Source: an uncultured virus (IMG/VR IMGVR_UViG_3300020148_000038) (taxonomy: Duplodnaviria; Heunggongvirae; Uroviricota; Caudoviricetes). From it: a stretch of DNA of 64,000 bases. A model generated the notes under the pieces. That model did no database searches and was not told the origin of the DNA. It saw only the letters and a list, made by a program, of their open reading frames with translations. Position numbers and translations under genes: made by a program. Positions 28,440-37,070 of the stretch are shown here, piece after piece; position 1 is the first letter of the stretch, and every line of letters begins with the position of its first letter. Location of the stretch: IMG/VR virus record IMGVR_UViG_3300020148_000038. One strand, written 5' to 3'.

Positions 28440-29255
28440 ATGTCGAAGTCTCATCTCGTCCCTAAATCGGTTATCGATAAGAATGGGAAACGCACGACGG
28501 TATATGTGAAATCCGAAACTCAACCGCGATATCGCCCGGTTTCTATATCTAGCAAAGCTTCTTCGACCCCGGCTATCCCCGAGCCTGCTGCTCGTTCCCA
28601 TGTTCTTCCTGGTGAACGCAAACTTCCCGGTGTGAAGGTGGATGTTGGGGATTATTCTCACGAAATCGCGCCCGCTGGTTTTTCCGGGGCGAAGTGTTGG
28701 AAGTGCGGTTCGTTTTTCTCGTTGGAGGAAATGGATCGCTATTTCGATAAAATGCTTCATTGTCAGTGGTGCGGAAATGAACAGATTTACGGTGTTGCTC
28801 AAGTGGGCATCCGCGATGATTGTTTGAAGTTCATCAACCCGGATGAGGTGAGGTCTGCTACGTGGTATCACATCACCACCCGCGCGAATTGGGATGAAGA
28901 TATCTTGGAAGAGGATGTTTATATTCAGCCGTTTGTCCATTTAGGTACGTTAGCGGCAGCCCGTGAGCGGATGAAGTTCCTTGTCACCGACTTGGAGAAG
29001 TCAGGTTTGCCTATCCCGACTTTCTATTGTTTCGAGGTTGAGATTTTCCCTGATACGGAGATTTCGGATGATTTGGTTCCTGATGACAATGAGGTAGCTC
29101 CGCAATGCGCGAAGGATTTAGATGAGCCATTCGCTCTTAACGGTTACGCCCGTTTCGGCGTCACAAGATATGTCAACGAGTACGAATCTCATGGTTCTAT
29201 CTCGTTAACGGCGCATCCATGCGCTTTCCGGGTTGTGGATTCCTACCCGGTTTGA
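28440..29255 (+). CDS. DKNG leader + Zn ribbon + ADP-ribosyltransferase-like domain
   Basis: VPKSVIDKNGKRTTVYVK; CWKC...CQWC; WYHIT, VHLGTLAAARER, RYVNEYESHGSISL; promoter TGTC(28412)-N12-TATGAT-N6-ATG. Confidence 0.7.
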   Translation: MSKSHLVPKSVIDKNGKRTTVYVKSETQPRYRPVSISSKASSTPAIPEPAARSHVLPGERKLPGVKVDVGDYSHEIAPAGFSGAKCWKCGSFFSLEEMDRYFDKMLHCQWCGNEQIYGVAQVGIRDDCLKFINPDEVRSATWYHITTRANWDEDILEEDVYIQPFVHLGTLAAARERMKFLVTDLEKSGLPIPTFYCFEVEIFPDTEISDDLVPDDNEVAPQCAKDLDEPFALNGYARFGVTRYVNEYESHGSISLTAHPCAFRVVDSYPV

Positions 29256-29263
29256 TTTATCCT

Positions 29264-29310
29264 TTGACGCGCTAGAAGCCGTTCTAAGCGGTTTTCTTTC
29301 ACTGGGTGAT
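29264..29310 (+). repeat. degenerate direct repeat, copy 1 (copy 2 at 31301-31348)
   Basis: TTGA(A)CGCGCT-N4-GCCGTTCT.AG..GTTTT-N6-CTGGGTGA; about 34/47 identities by hand alignment. Confidence 0.55.
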
Positions 29311-29529
29311 GTTATGACCCGTTTCGCGCTTCTCGTAGAGCGTGACAGCCCGCGACGCGCTGCTGGCGACCATGATAAGCCCGATGATGAACCACACTGA
29401 GTTCCAGATGGTTTCCTCTGCTCCGGTTCGCATGATGATTTGGTTGTGGTACATGATGACCATGCCTCCCACGATGAGGGTGGTGAAGAGGATGGTTCGG
29501 ACAATGTTGCGGATGAGCTTGTTGTTCAT
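29299..29529 (-). CDS. small two-TM membrane protein
   Basis: MNNKLIRNIV... after AAAGGAGG SD. Confidence 0.65.
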   Translation of the reverse strand: MNNKLIRNIVRTILFTTLIVGGMVIMYHNQIIMRTGAEETIWNSVWFIIGLIMVASSASRAVTLYEKRETGHNITQ

Positions 29530-29670
29530 GGTGTTGCCTCCTTTGTCTTTTATCAAGCTAGCACCGGCTCCGTTCTTTGTCAATTTCATTTTACCGGCGT
29601 GTCGCCACGGTCTTGTTTCTCTTTCTGTTTTGTTGTAGGATATGTTTATCTCATCGAAAGGTTTACTCAT

Positions 29671-30267
29671 ATGAGTTCATTCACCGAAGCTGATTATCCG
29701 AAGCTCTTGGGGCTTTTGGAGTTCAAGAAGACGATTACGTTGGATTGCAGTCAACCTTTCGGGTCTGGTGATGATGATGATTCCCATTTCGTCAACCTAT
29801 GGCTTGATGATGACGGTTACATTTGGGGTAACTTCGATTGCGGCTGGCTGAAGTCCCAGGATGTTGACGAGGATGCTCGCCAGAAGCGTTATCAGAAGAG
29901 GTTCCGCAGTTTCGTTCAGGATGACGGTGAAATCGGTTTGGAGTTCACCTATCTTCCAGCTATTCCGCTGCTAGATTACTATGATGAGGATGACTGGGAG
30001 AAGCACGCGCGTCGTGTTTTCGATATGACTCGGCTTTCCGAGGTGATGTCTTTTGAGGATTTCGCCCGCGATGTCAAGAATGAAGCTTCGTGGGTTGATG
30101 ACCTTTCCGGCGTTGGTGGGGAAACTTATGCGTTGGTGTTCGATGTCGTTCCCGCTGGTCGTCGGTCTGTTATCGTGGAAGAGTTCGACGGTATTTTGAG
30201 TAAGCCGTTGTGGATTCAGTACAAGGGCAAGAAGTATAATATTCATGTGGGTGTTACTCAGGACTGA
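29671..30267 (+). CDS. acidic hypothetical protein
   Basis: MSSFTEADY... after GAAAGG SD. Confidence 0.7.
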   Translation: MSSFTEADYPKLLGLLEFKKTITLDCSQPFGSGDDDDSHFVNLWLDDDGYIWGNFDCGWLKSQDVDEDARQKRYQKRFRSFVQDDGEIGLEFTYLPAIPLLDYYDEDDWEKHARRVFDMTRLSEVMSFEDFARDVKNEASWVDDLSGVGGETYALVFDVVPAGRRSVIVEEFDGILSKPLWIQYKGKKYNIHVGVTQD

Positions 30268-30870
30268 ATGAGGTTTCTCATGCCTAAGTCTTTGTCCGAG
30301 CGCTTGGTTCTGTTCTTCCGTTGGTGCAGGGTTTATCTCACTGTTCCTGATGCCGGTAAGCAGATGAACATGTTCTTGTCTATTGCTGATGATTTCAACA
30401 TGCCGAAGTTCTATGCAAGGGTGTGGTTTATTTCTTTTGCGCCTTTGGGTAATGGTTTCGCTTCCAAGGTCGTCAAGTGGTTGCGTACCGGGGTGAATAA
30501 TTATGATGGGTCTTTCGTTTATTGGGGTGGAACGAATCGTTCTCGTCGCTCTCTTTTCTTCGGTGGTTATCTTCCTCCAACTCCTGCTGGTTGTAGGTTT
30601 CATTCTCATTCTGTTCTGAGGTTCATTCCGGTAGATGTTGCTTCTGATGGTTTCGCGGTTGAGGTCGAGCCTTTGGTGTGGTTGCTTCGCGGGTTCGATA
30701 TCACAAGTGGTTTCGAGGGTGAGATTGCTCTGCCGGTATTGAAGAAGGTTTTCGCCCGTAGTGATATTTCCGCCTCGGTTTTCGAGTTCGCTGTTCGTGA
30801 AGCTGAGGCTAATTTTGTTCTGGATGCATATGGGGTGGATTCCGATGTTCTGGATGCGGTTGAGGGTTGA
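30268..30870 (+). CDS. C-terminal IDxD-module family protein
   Basis: ends EANFVLDAYGVDSDVLDAVEG. Confidence 0.7.
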   Translation: MRFLMPKSLSERLVLFFRWCRVYLTVPDAGKQMNMFLSIADDFNMPKFYARVWFISFAPLGNGFASKVVKWLRTGVNNYDGSFVYWGGTNRSRRSLFFGGYLPPTPAGCRFHSHSVLRFIPVDVASDGFAVEVEPLVWLLRGFDITSGFEGEIALPVLKKVFARSDISASVFEFAVREAEANFVLDAYGVDSDVLDAVEG

Positions 30871-30924
30871 ATACAACACATTTCACCTTTTGACTTCATT
30901 ATCAATATGTGTTATGACAGTTTT

Positions 30925-31278
30925 ATGACAACTTCGGCTCTGGTAGTTTTTGAGGAATCCAACAGCGCAATCTTCGTGCGTTCCGATGGATATCCCCAGG
31001 TTATGTTGCCCGCGCTCGCTCGTATTGCACAGCGTGGTGAGTTGGGTTCCCTTTCTGCTGTTTCTGATTATGCGACACTCTTTGGTGGCGTTGCTCGGGT
31101 AGATGATGAGCAGGGTGAACCGCTTTCTGTTGTGGATGGCATTTTCGGTTGTCCTTATGTGCTTTCAGATGGTGAGTATGTTTCGGCTGATTTCCTCTAT
31201 TTGGTGCGAGGGAATGGTGAACTCATCTGCTTTGATGATTTCGTTCCGGAATCGCTGGGTTTTCTGTCTGCTGCTTGA
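30925..31278 (+). CDS. hypothetical protein (DGYP motif)
   Basis: AIFVRSDGYP motif; TTGACT-N17-TATGAC-N6-ATG. Confidence 0.65.
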   Translation: MTTSALVVFEESNSAIFVRSDGYPQVMLPALARIAQRGELGSLSAVSDYATLFGGVARVDDEQGEPLSVVDGIFGCPYVLSDGEYVSADFLYLVRGNGELICFDDFVPESLGFLSAA

Positions 31279-31300
31279 AACTCGTGTGGCTCTGATTCGC

Positions 31301-31348
31301 TTGAACGCGCTGTACGCCGTTCTGAGGCGTTTTTAGCTGCTGGGTGAC
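31301..31348 (+). repeat. degenerate direct repeat, copy 2
   Basis: matches 29264-29310. Confidence 0.55.
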
Positions 31349-31500
31349 ACCGGGCTTCATTCTGGGTGGTAAAAGCTTGTCAGGCGGGCGCGTGGCTTTG
31401 CTGAGTGGCGTTTCTGTGTTGTAGGGTGAGCGCTAGGATTGTTGGGCGAGCTTTGGTTCACTATGTTGTGCTTTGTGTGGTGTTGTGGTAGTTTTAAAGT

Positions 31501-31746
31501 GTGAATAAGTTTATTGTTGCTCTTGTGCCTACTGATGCGCAGGCTGAGGTGTTGGCTCGTTATGGTTCTCCTGAGACTGTTGGGTTCTTTCAGAATGCTC
31601 CTGGGGATTCGGTTTATTATTATGATGTCAATGGTTCTGAGGTTGTCTTGGTGGTGATTGAGCCTGATGGTGAGGTTTTCACGGAGACGTTGGAATATGA
31701 TAGTTGGGTGCGTCGTGATTCGGATGGTAATCAGGTTGATTATTAA
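31501..31746 (+). CDS. hypothetical protein
   Basis: 81-aa ORF; TAGTTT-N6-GTG leaderless. Confidence 0.6.
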   Translation: MNKFIVALVPTDAQAEVLARYGSPETVGFFQNAPGDSVYYYDVNGSEVVLVVIEPDGEVFTETLEYDSWVRRDSDGNQVDY

Positions 31747-31749
31747 TTC

Positions 31750-32170
31750 TGTCTGATGCTGGGTGGGATGGCTCGGGGTTGTTCCTGGGTGTTTTGTTCG
31801 GTGTGAGGTGAACCCTGTAGTTCGGATTTTGGTTTTGTCTGGGCTACGGGGTTCTTTTTTGTTTGGTGGTGTTGAGTTTCTGTTTGGTGGCTTTCTGGGG
31901 ATATGTGGGCGGGTTGGTTGTGGTGGGTGTTGGGTGGTCGAGATGTTTTCTCGGTGGTGGCAAGCTGTGGGGTGGTTGGGTGTGGATGGTCTGGTGGTGG
32001 TCTTGGGGTGGGGATTTTTGGTTTGAGGTTGATGAAAATGAAAAATTAGAGGGGGTGTTGAAGGGGCTTTCTTCCCTTATTTTAACAGGCTTCTAAGGCT
32101 CCCTTGGAGGTAGCTCTCTCCGGACAAATTCGTATTAACTATAACCAAGAGAAATCCGCGCCGATTTTTG
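31750..32170. other. extremely G+T-rich intergenic tract between convergent gene blocks
   Basis: 31921-31980 is 51/60 G or T; many GG/GGG runs. Confidence 0.7.
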
Positions 32171-32178
32171 AGGTGTTT

Positions 32179-32799
32179 TTAGTGGTTGATGGAGAGGTAT
32201 ATTTCGGGGTCGATTTTGTCGAGGATGAGTGTTTTGTAGTGTTTGGTGTGGATGCCGATTTCGTTGTATTTTTGTAGTTGGGGGATGGTGATGTGTTTTC
32301 CGAGTTCGTGTGTCCATTGGAGGAAGTCTTGTTTTGTTGAGAATGGTTCTTTTTCGTAGGCTGTAACGTTGTGGGCGTAGTTGGCGATGACGAGGATGCT
32401 GTGTGCTGGGAGGTTTTCTCTGACTTCTTGGATGTGTTGGGTTGGGATGTAGGTGAGGGCTTCGTAATGTTCTATGCCTGGTTGTGTGAGGTATTTTTGC
32501 CAGGAGATGAGGGTTATGAGTTCTTTGATGGTGTAGTGGTCGAATGGGTTGTGTTTGGTGGGTATTGTGAGTTCTTCTACGTTTCGGATGGTGTCGTTGA
32601 GTGCGTTGATGGTGATGTGGTGTTGTTCTGGGTTGGTGGCGCTGAGGGTTTTGTTGGTGGTGATGGTGGGTTTTGGTTTGGTTTCTTGGGTGATTTTGGG
32701 TATGAGTGATATGGGTTGGTTTGTGATTGATGGGAGTATGTTGTCGAGGGTGATTTTTCTGGGTTTGTTTCTTAGCCAGTGTGAGGATAGGGTTTTCAT
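32179..32799 (-). CDS. C-terminal IDxD-module family protein
   Basis: start MKTLSS (ATGA overlap); ends KYNEIGIHTKHYKTLILDKIDPEIYLSI. Confidence 0.75.
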   Translation of the reverse strand: MKTLSSHWLRNKPRKITLDNILPSITNQPISLIPKITQETKPKPTITTNKTLSATNPEQHHITINALNDTIRNVEELTIPTKHNPFDHYTIKELITLISWQKYLTQPGIEHYEALTYIPTQHIQEVRENLPAHSILVIANYAHNVTAYEKEPFSTKQDFLQWTHELGKHITIPQLQKYNEIGIHTKHYKTLILDKIDPEIYLSINH

Positions 32800-33749
32800 G
32801 AGTTGATGAGTTCTCTGAGGATGTCGAAGTCGATGTTGTGGTTGGCTGCGATGATGATATCTGTCATTTCGGTGAGTTGTCCGTGGCGTTTTTGGTGTAT
32901 GGCTGTGTTGATGATGTTTTGTGGTGTTTCGGTTTCTTTGATGAGTTCTACGGTGTTTGGGGTTGGTTTTTGTTTGGCGTCGGTGATGGAGTTGAGGATT
33001 AGTCCGATGATTGTTGTTTGGTGGTCTGCTCCTGCTTGAATCCATTCTTTGTGTGCGTCGGGTGTGAGTTTTTGGAATCGGGTGCGTGGGAGGGTTTCTT
33101 CGGTGAAGTATTGTTGGATGATTTGTAGCGCGTCAAGGTCAGGGTCATATTCGGTGAGTGCTTTTTCGAGGTTTCCGATTTTGATTGGTCCGACGGTTTT
33201 GGTGAATGGGCTGAGTTGGTTTGTTTGGTAGAATTTGTATAGCGCGCCGTTTTGTTCGGCTGTTTCTTGTCCTATCGCATAGTAGGTGAGTCCGCAGAAT
33301 GTTCCTTGGCAGTCTTCACATCTGTACCAGCTTGGGTTTCCTGGGTCGGCCGTGGGGTCAAGTATTTCGTTGGAGGTGATGTTGGGAAATATGCATTCGG
33401 GGTTTTTGAGGTTTAGCCAGAGGTCGAATAGATCTCTGATTCCGAGCACTTCGTAGTCTTCGTTGAGGCTGATGAATTTGCTTGGGCATGTGCAGGTTAT
33501 GAATGGTTGGCTGAATGGTGCGTAGTCTGGTTTGATTTGGATGAGTGGCTTCACCCATTGTTCGGTGAAGTTTTCCCAGTCGCTTTGGATGGTTCCGTAG
33601 GATTTGGTGTAGTGTGCCCATTTATTTGCTTCTCGGAGTGATTCTTCTAATCGTTTACCGGTTGAGATGATGATGTTTGGGCTGTCGATTTCTCGGTACA
33701 TACCTATTTTGGGTATGCCGGGTTCGTTGTATGCGTTTTTGATGGTCAT
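32796..33749 (-). CDS. C-terminal IDxD-module family protein, Cys-rich
   Basis: start MTIKNAY (ATGA overlap); ends DIIIAANHNIDFDILRELINS. Confidence 0.75.
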   Translation of the reverse strand: MTIKNAYNEPGIPKIGMYREIDSPNIIISTGKRLEESLREANKWAHYTKSYGTIQSDWENFTEQWVKPLIQIKPDYAPFSQPFITCTCPSKFISLNEDYEVLGIRDLFDLWLNLKNPECIFPNITSNEILDPTADPGNPSWYRCEDCQGTFCGLTYYAIGQETAEQNGALYKFYQTNQLSPFTKTVGPIKIGNLEKALTEYDPDLDALQIIQQYFTEETLPRTRFQKLTPDAHKEWIQAGADHQTTIIGLILNSITDAKQKPTPNTVELIKETETPQNIINTAIHQKRHGQLTEMTDIIIAANHNIDFDILRELINS

Positions 33750-34276
33750 GGCTGGATGTATGTTACATCGGGTTCGTTGATGGAGTTGATGATTTCTGAG
33801 TCGATGCCGTACATTCCTTTTGTTAGCTGTTCGATGCTTCTTCCTGTTCGGAGGATTTCGACGCTTTTTCTGAATGTTCCAGCCCCGAATTGTTTGGTGA
33901 GTTCGACGGCGTATGGGGTGAGTGTTGCGGGTTCTATTCCGAAGTTTTTCGCGATGACAACCCATCCTAGTTTGCTGTAAGGTTCTAGTCTTCCGGCGTC
34001 TTTTGGTTTGATGATGTTTTCTGGGTACAGATATGTGTATTTAAGTCCTTTGAGGGTTTCTGGGTTTACGTTTTTGATGATGAAGGCGTATTCGCCTATG
34101 GTGGTTTCGTAGTGGTAGATGGGGAGTTCTGCGATGAGGTTGTATACGTCTTTGCAGAGAATTTCTGTTTCCGATTCTCCGTAGAATGTGTCTTCTGGGC
34201 AGTTGTATAGCCAGCTAGCTTTTTGGTCTAGTAGCTTTTGTAGGTCAGGAGAATATTCTTTTTCGTAGAAATCCAT
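33746..34276 (-). CDS. C-terminal IDxD-module family protein
   Basis: GRSIEQLTKGMYGIDSEIINSI near the C-terminus; perfect TTGACA-N17-TATAAT-N6-ATG. Confidence 0.8.
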   Translation of the reverse strand: MDFYEKEYSPDLQKLLDQKASWLYNCPEDTFYGESETEILCKDVYNLIAELPIYHYETTIGEYAFIIKNVNPETLKGLKYTYLYPENIIKPKDAGRLEPYSKLGWVVIAKNFGIEPATLTPYAVELTKQFGAGTFRKSVEILRTGRSIEQLTKGMYGIDSEIINSINEPDVTYIQP

Positions 34277-34282
34277 GTTTGG

Positions 34283-34311
34283 ATTATACGTTTATGCTGT
34301 CTGGATGTCAA
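34283..34311 (-). promoter_or_regulatory. consensus SigA-type leaderless promoter
   Basis: TTGACA-N17-TATAAT, 6 nt before ATG 34276. Confidence 0.85.
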
Positions 34312-35513
34312 ACTGTCACTAAGGAGTGGATCACGTCCGGGTCGATGTTGTTCTCTAGTCCTTTGAGGATAGTTTTGCAATCATATATTCTCGCGTCGGT
34401 ATATCTTTTGATTTCTTCTGCCGAATAGGGTGATTCGATGAGTTCTGTGATGTGTTTTGGGTTTACGGGTATGCGAAGGTATGGTTTGACGGTTTGGTAG
34501 TCGAGTTGGGTGACTTTCTTGAACATGTGGTTGATGGCTTGTGCCCCTACATCTTGTATTGGTTTGGGCATCTTGTATTGTTTGTTTTGGTATAGCTTGT
34601 GTTCGATTGCCCATGAGAGTGCAAGGTTTGGGTCTTTGGCTGTTTCGCGATACTTGAGAACTCTTTTGGTGGTGATGTTTGATTCGGACTCTCTGGGTTT
34701 ATAGTAGTTGCGGTTCTTGTTCAGGACGTAGCTGGCAAATCGGGTTGGATTATTGATAATCTCGTGGGTAAATTCGTTGACTTGAACTTGCTTCGTGTCG
34801 TAGATGGTTCCGCATTTTCCTTCGTCTACAACGAATTGTAGTGTGATTTCGTCAATAACTGATTCTTTGATTTGTTTCAGTATTATTTCGCGGTTGGGGT
34901 TTGCCATTTTCTTTGGTTCGTCAAACCAGACGCGCGCGTTTTGGGTGAGGTTGTGTCTGGTGTGGTCTGTTTTTACGATGTGTTGGTTCCATAGATATAA
35001 TTTGACGAAAGCCTCTATTGCTCTTTTGTTTGTGTTCTGTGTTTGGGCGAATGGGTCATCTTTTTGGAACATTTTGGAGTCGGAGTTTCGGAAGATGGCG
35101 ATGATGTCTTCTGGTGCTTGGTTGATGTGCAACCATTCGATGATTTCTGATTTTAGCGGTCTGACTCTTGCAAGTCTGATTCCGGTTGCTCGGTATTTTG
35201 GGTGGGTTCCGAAAGCTCCGTAAAGAACTTTCGATACTGGTTCTTGCTCTGTGAGTAGGTCTGTTACCACTTCGAGGTTGTTGATTTTTGTGGTGTTTTG
35301 GTTGAATTCCCAGAACTTTCTTGGGGCTATTTGATGTGTCTCGATGAGATGTTTGATGTAGCCGTATTTTTCTTCTTGGGGGATGACTAGTTCGGTGCGC
35401 GGCAGGTGGTCTGATTCGACGTAGAATTTGTCTTCTATTTCGTCGTAACTGAATTGCGCTCCGAGATTTTTAAGCATGAGTTTGATTTTACCCGATTTGG
35501 GTGGTTTATTCAA
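34308..35513 (-). CDS. C-terminal IDxD-module family protein
   Basis: ends YTDARIYDCKTILKGLENNIDPDVIHSL. Confidence 0.8.
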   Translation of the reverse strand: MNKPPKSGKIKLMLKNLGAQFSYDEIEDKFYVESDHLPRTELVIPQEEKYGYIKHLIETHQIAPRKFWEFNQNTTKINNLEVVTDLLTEQEPVSKVLYGAFGTHPKYRATGIRLARVRPLKSEIIEWLHINQAPEDIIAIFRNSDSKMFQKDDPFAQTQNTNKRAIEAFVKLYLWNQHIVKTDHTRHNLTQNARVWFDEPKKMANPNREIILKQIKESVIDEITLQFVVDEGKCGTIYDTKQVQVNEFTHEIINNPTRFASYVLNKNRNYYKPRESESNITTKRVLKYRETAKDPNLALSWAIEHKLYQNKQYKMPKPIQDVGAQAINHMFKKVTQLDYQTVKPYLRIPVNPKHITELIESPYSAEEIKRYTDARIYDCKTILKGLENNIDPDVIHSLVTV

Positions 35514-36111
35514 GGTCTGTCTCTGCTATTGATTGCAGGATGTCAGAGTCTATATTGTGGTTGATAAAATCACGAATTGTTGATAATCCTTCTCCCTGTT
35601 CGATGAGTGGTTTTGCAAAAACGAGTTTGTCTTTTCCGAACTCTCGATAAATTTCCGCCATTTTTGACATTTTGAAGAGTCGGCTGTTCAAAGTATTGCC
35701 GTTGTTGGTTATGTCTCCATGAATGGAGAAGATGTCGATGATCTCGTACCATTCGGCTTCTTTAACAACTTCCTTGATGGCGGTGAATACCCTTTTAGGG
35801 AATTGTTGTGATTGGCGAAGGGAAATCATAAATTGGTAGGTTCTTAGTGCAATGGCGAGTACAGTCCATGCTTCTTTGGTGTCTCCGAAGACTCCTGTGA
35901 CACCTATTATGCCTTGTTGAAGAACTCTGCGGTCTGTTGATAAAACAGGTCTTTCAATGGCGTTGTGGACTTCGCGTATAGCTTCGTAACTGTTGTTGAT
36001 ATCTACGTTGAGTTCTTGACATATTTCTTCGACGGACTCTTTTGTTCTTCCGAGTGCGCGCCGCACGAGAATGTCTATTTCTGTATCAGGAGGGGATGAG
36101 GTTACGTCCAT
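35506..36111 (-). CDS. C-terminal IDxD-module family protein
   Basis: ends QGEGLSTIRDFINHNIDSDILQSI. Confidence 0.8.
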   Translation of the reverse strand: MDVTSSPPDTEIDILVRRALGRTKESVEEICQELNVDINNSYEAIREVHNAIERPVLSTDRRVLQQGIIGVTGVFGDTKEAWTVLAIALRTYQFMISLRQSQQFPKRVFTAIKEVVKEAEWYEIIDIFSIHGDITNNGNTLNSRLFKMSKMAEIYREFGKDKLVFAKPLIEQGEGLSTIRDFINHNIDSDILQSIAETDLE

Positions 36112-36113
36112 TT

Positions 36114-36293
36114 TTACATTTCCAGAATTGAGACGGCGATTTCTGGGTCTACTTCTGCGTCGAGGAAATTGAACAGTTCGTGGATGTTGGTGATTCCAGC
36201 CGAAACCATATCCATGACTTTCTTTTCGCCGTGTTTTTCTAAGAGTATGGATATATCGGGAATTGATATGCCGTTGATGTTCTGGTGGGTCAT
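36114..36293 (-). CDS. 59-aa stand-alone IDxD module (not in ORF track)
   Basis: MTHQNINGISIPDISILLEKHGEKKVMDMVSAGITNIHELFNFLDAEVDPEIAVSILEM; TAATG overlap with the upstream ORF. Confidence 0.65.
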   Translation of the reverse strand: MTHQNINGISIPDISILLEKHGEKKVMDMVSAGITNIHELFNFLDAEVDPEIAVSILEM

Positions 36294-36658
36294 TACGCGA
36301 TGCTTTCTAGGACTTCATAGAGTTCTTCTGCTGTGTAATATTCTTTGGTAAGGCTTGATTTAAGCTCGTCGTTGTTGAATAGCCCCGAAATGGCTTTGGC
36401 GTATACCTTCTGTAGAGCTTTGCGTTCAACTGGGATGGAGAGCGGGATTTTCTTGCCACAAGGTAGCTGTAATGCGTAGACGCGAACTGTTGGGTTGTTC
36501 TTCTCCAGCGCATTGTAGAGTTTAGTGGGTAGGTTAAGGTCTGTGTATCCTGAGTTGATTTGAGCACAGACGAAATTTCCGCTGGAAGCCATTTCGGGTG
36601 TGGCGATGAGCGCCGATATCAGTACCGGCGTTTTGGGGGAATGCGAAAACAATTCCAA
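36293..36658 (-). CDS. hypothetical protein (possibly the N-terminal half of a split IDxD-family gene)
   Basis: 121-aa ORF; GAAAGG SD. Confidence 0.65.
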   Translation of the reverse strand: MELFSHSPKTPVLISALIATPEMASSGNFVCAQINSGYTDLNLPTKLYNALEKNNPTVRVYALQLPCGKKIPLSIPVERKALQKVYAKAISGLFNNDELKSSLTKEYYTAEELYEVLESIA

Positions 36659-36733
36659 GAATGTTGCCTTTCAGAATGGCATGCTAAGAAAATGCCATCA
36701 TTGATTTTATCAGATGTGATTGTTTTTGGCAAA

Positions 36734-36988
36734 TTAGACTGATGAGAGGTCTTTTAATTCTGATTCTTGAAATGCATATATGCTCGGATATGTCCCTACT
36801 CCATACCCTCTGTACTGTCCGAAGTAGTAAAGCTCTCCCTGTATTTTCTGACCATTGTTGAGTGTTGCCGTGACCGTAGAGAAAGCGTAGTCGAGCAAGC
36901 TTGGCTTTGTAACATCGTCTTTGATGTTCTTCCAAACCTTTTGTGACTTTCCGTTCTTGTTAATAATTTCTACTAGTTGTCTAGTCAT
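36734..36988 (-). CDS. DKNG-leader family protein (NKNG variant)
   Basis: LVEIINKNGKSQKVWKN; promoter TAGACA-N17-TAGAAT-N6-ATG (exception, no TGWC box). Confidence 0.75.
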   Translation of the reverse strand: MTRQLVEIINKNGKSQKVWKNIKDDVTKPSLLDYAFSTVTATLNNGQKIQGELYYFGQYRGYGVGTYPSIYAFQESELKDLSSV

Positions 36989-37070
36989 GGGCGCATTCTA
37001 ATGCTGAGGTTTTATTTTGTCTAGTCTGGGGTGTCTCATTGGGTGGGTATACTTATGTTGGAGGAAGTTG

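Noticed and set aside
28317..28940. 207-aa minus-strand ORF (and similarly 29971..30879, 41896..42501, 44407..44949)
   Set aside because: Antisense to better-supported genes that have promoters and family motifs.
31763..33231. Plus-strand ORFs rich in G/V/W/F (31763, 31863, 32371, 32549, 32803, 33049)
   Set aside because: Artefacts of G+T skew, which depletes stop codons; the real genes from 32179 onward are on the minus strand.
32799..33965. Long N-terminal extensions of ORFs 32179..33045 and 32796..33965
   Set aside because: They overlap upstream genes in another frame; ATGA-coupled starts at 32799 and 33749 are more plausible.
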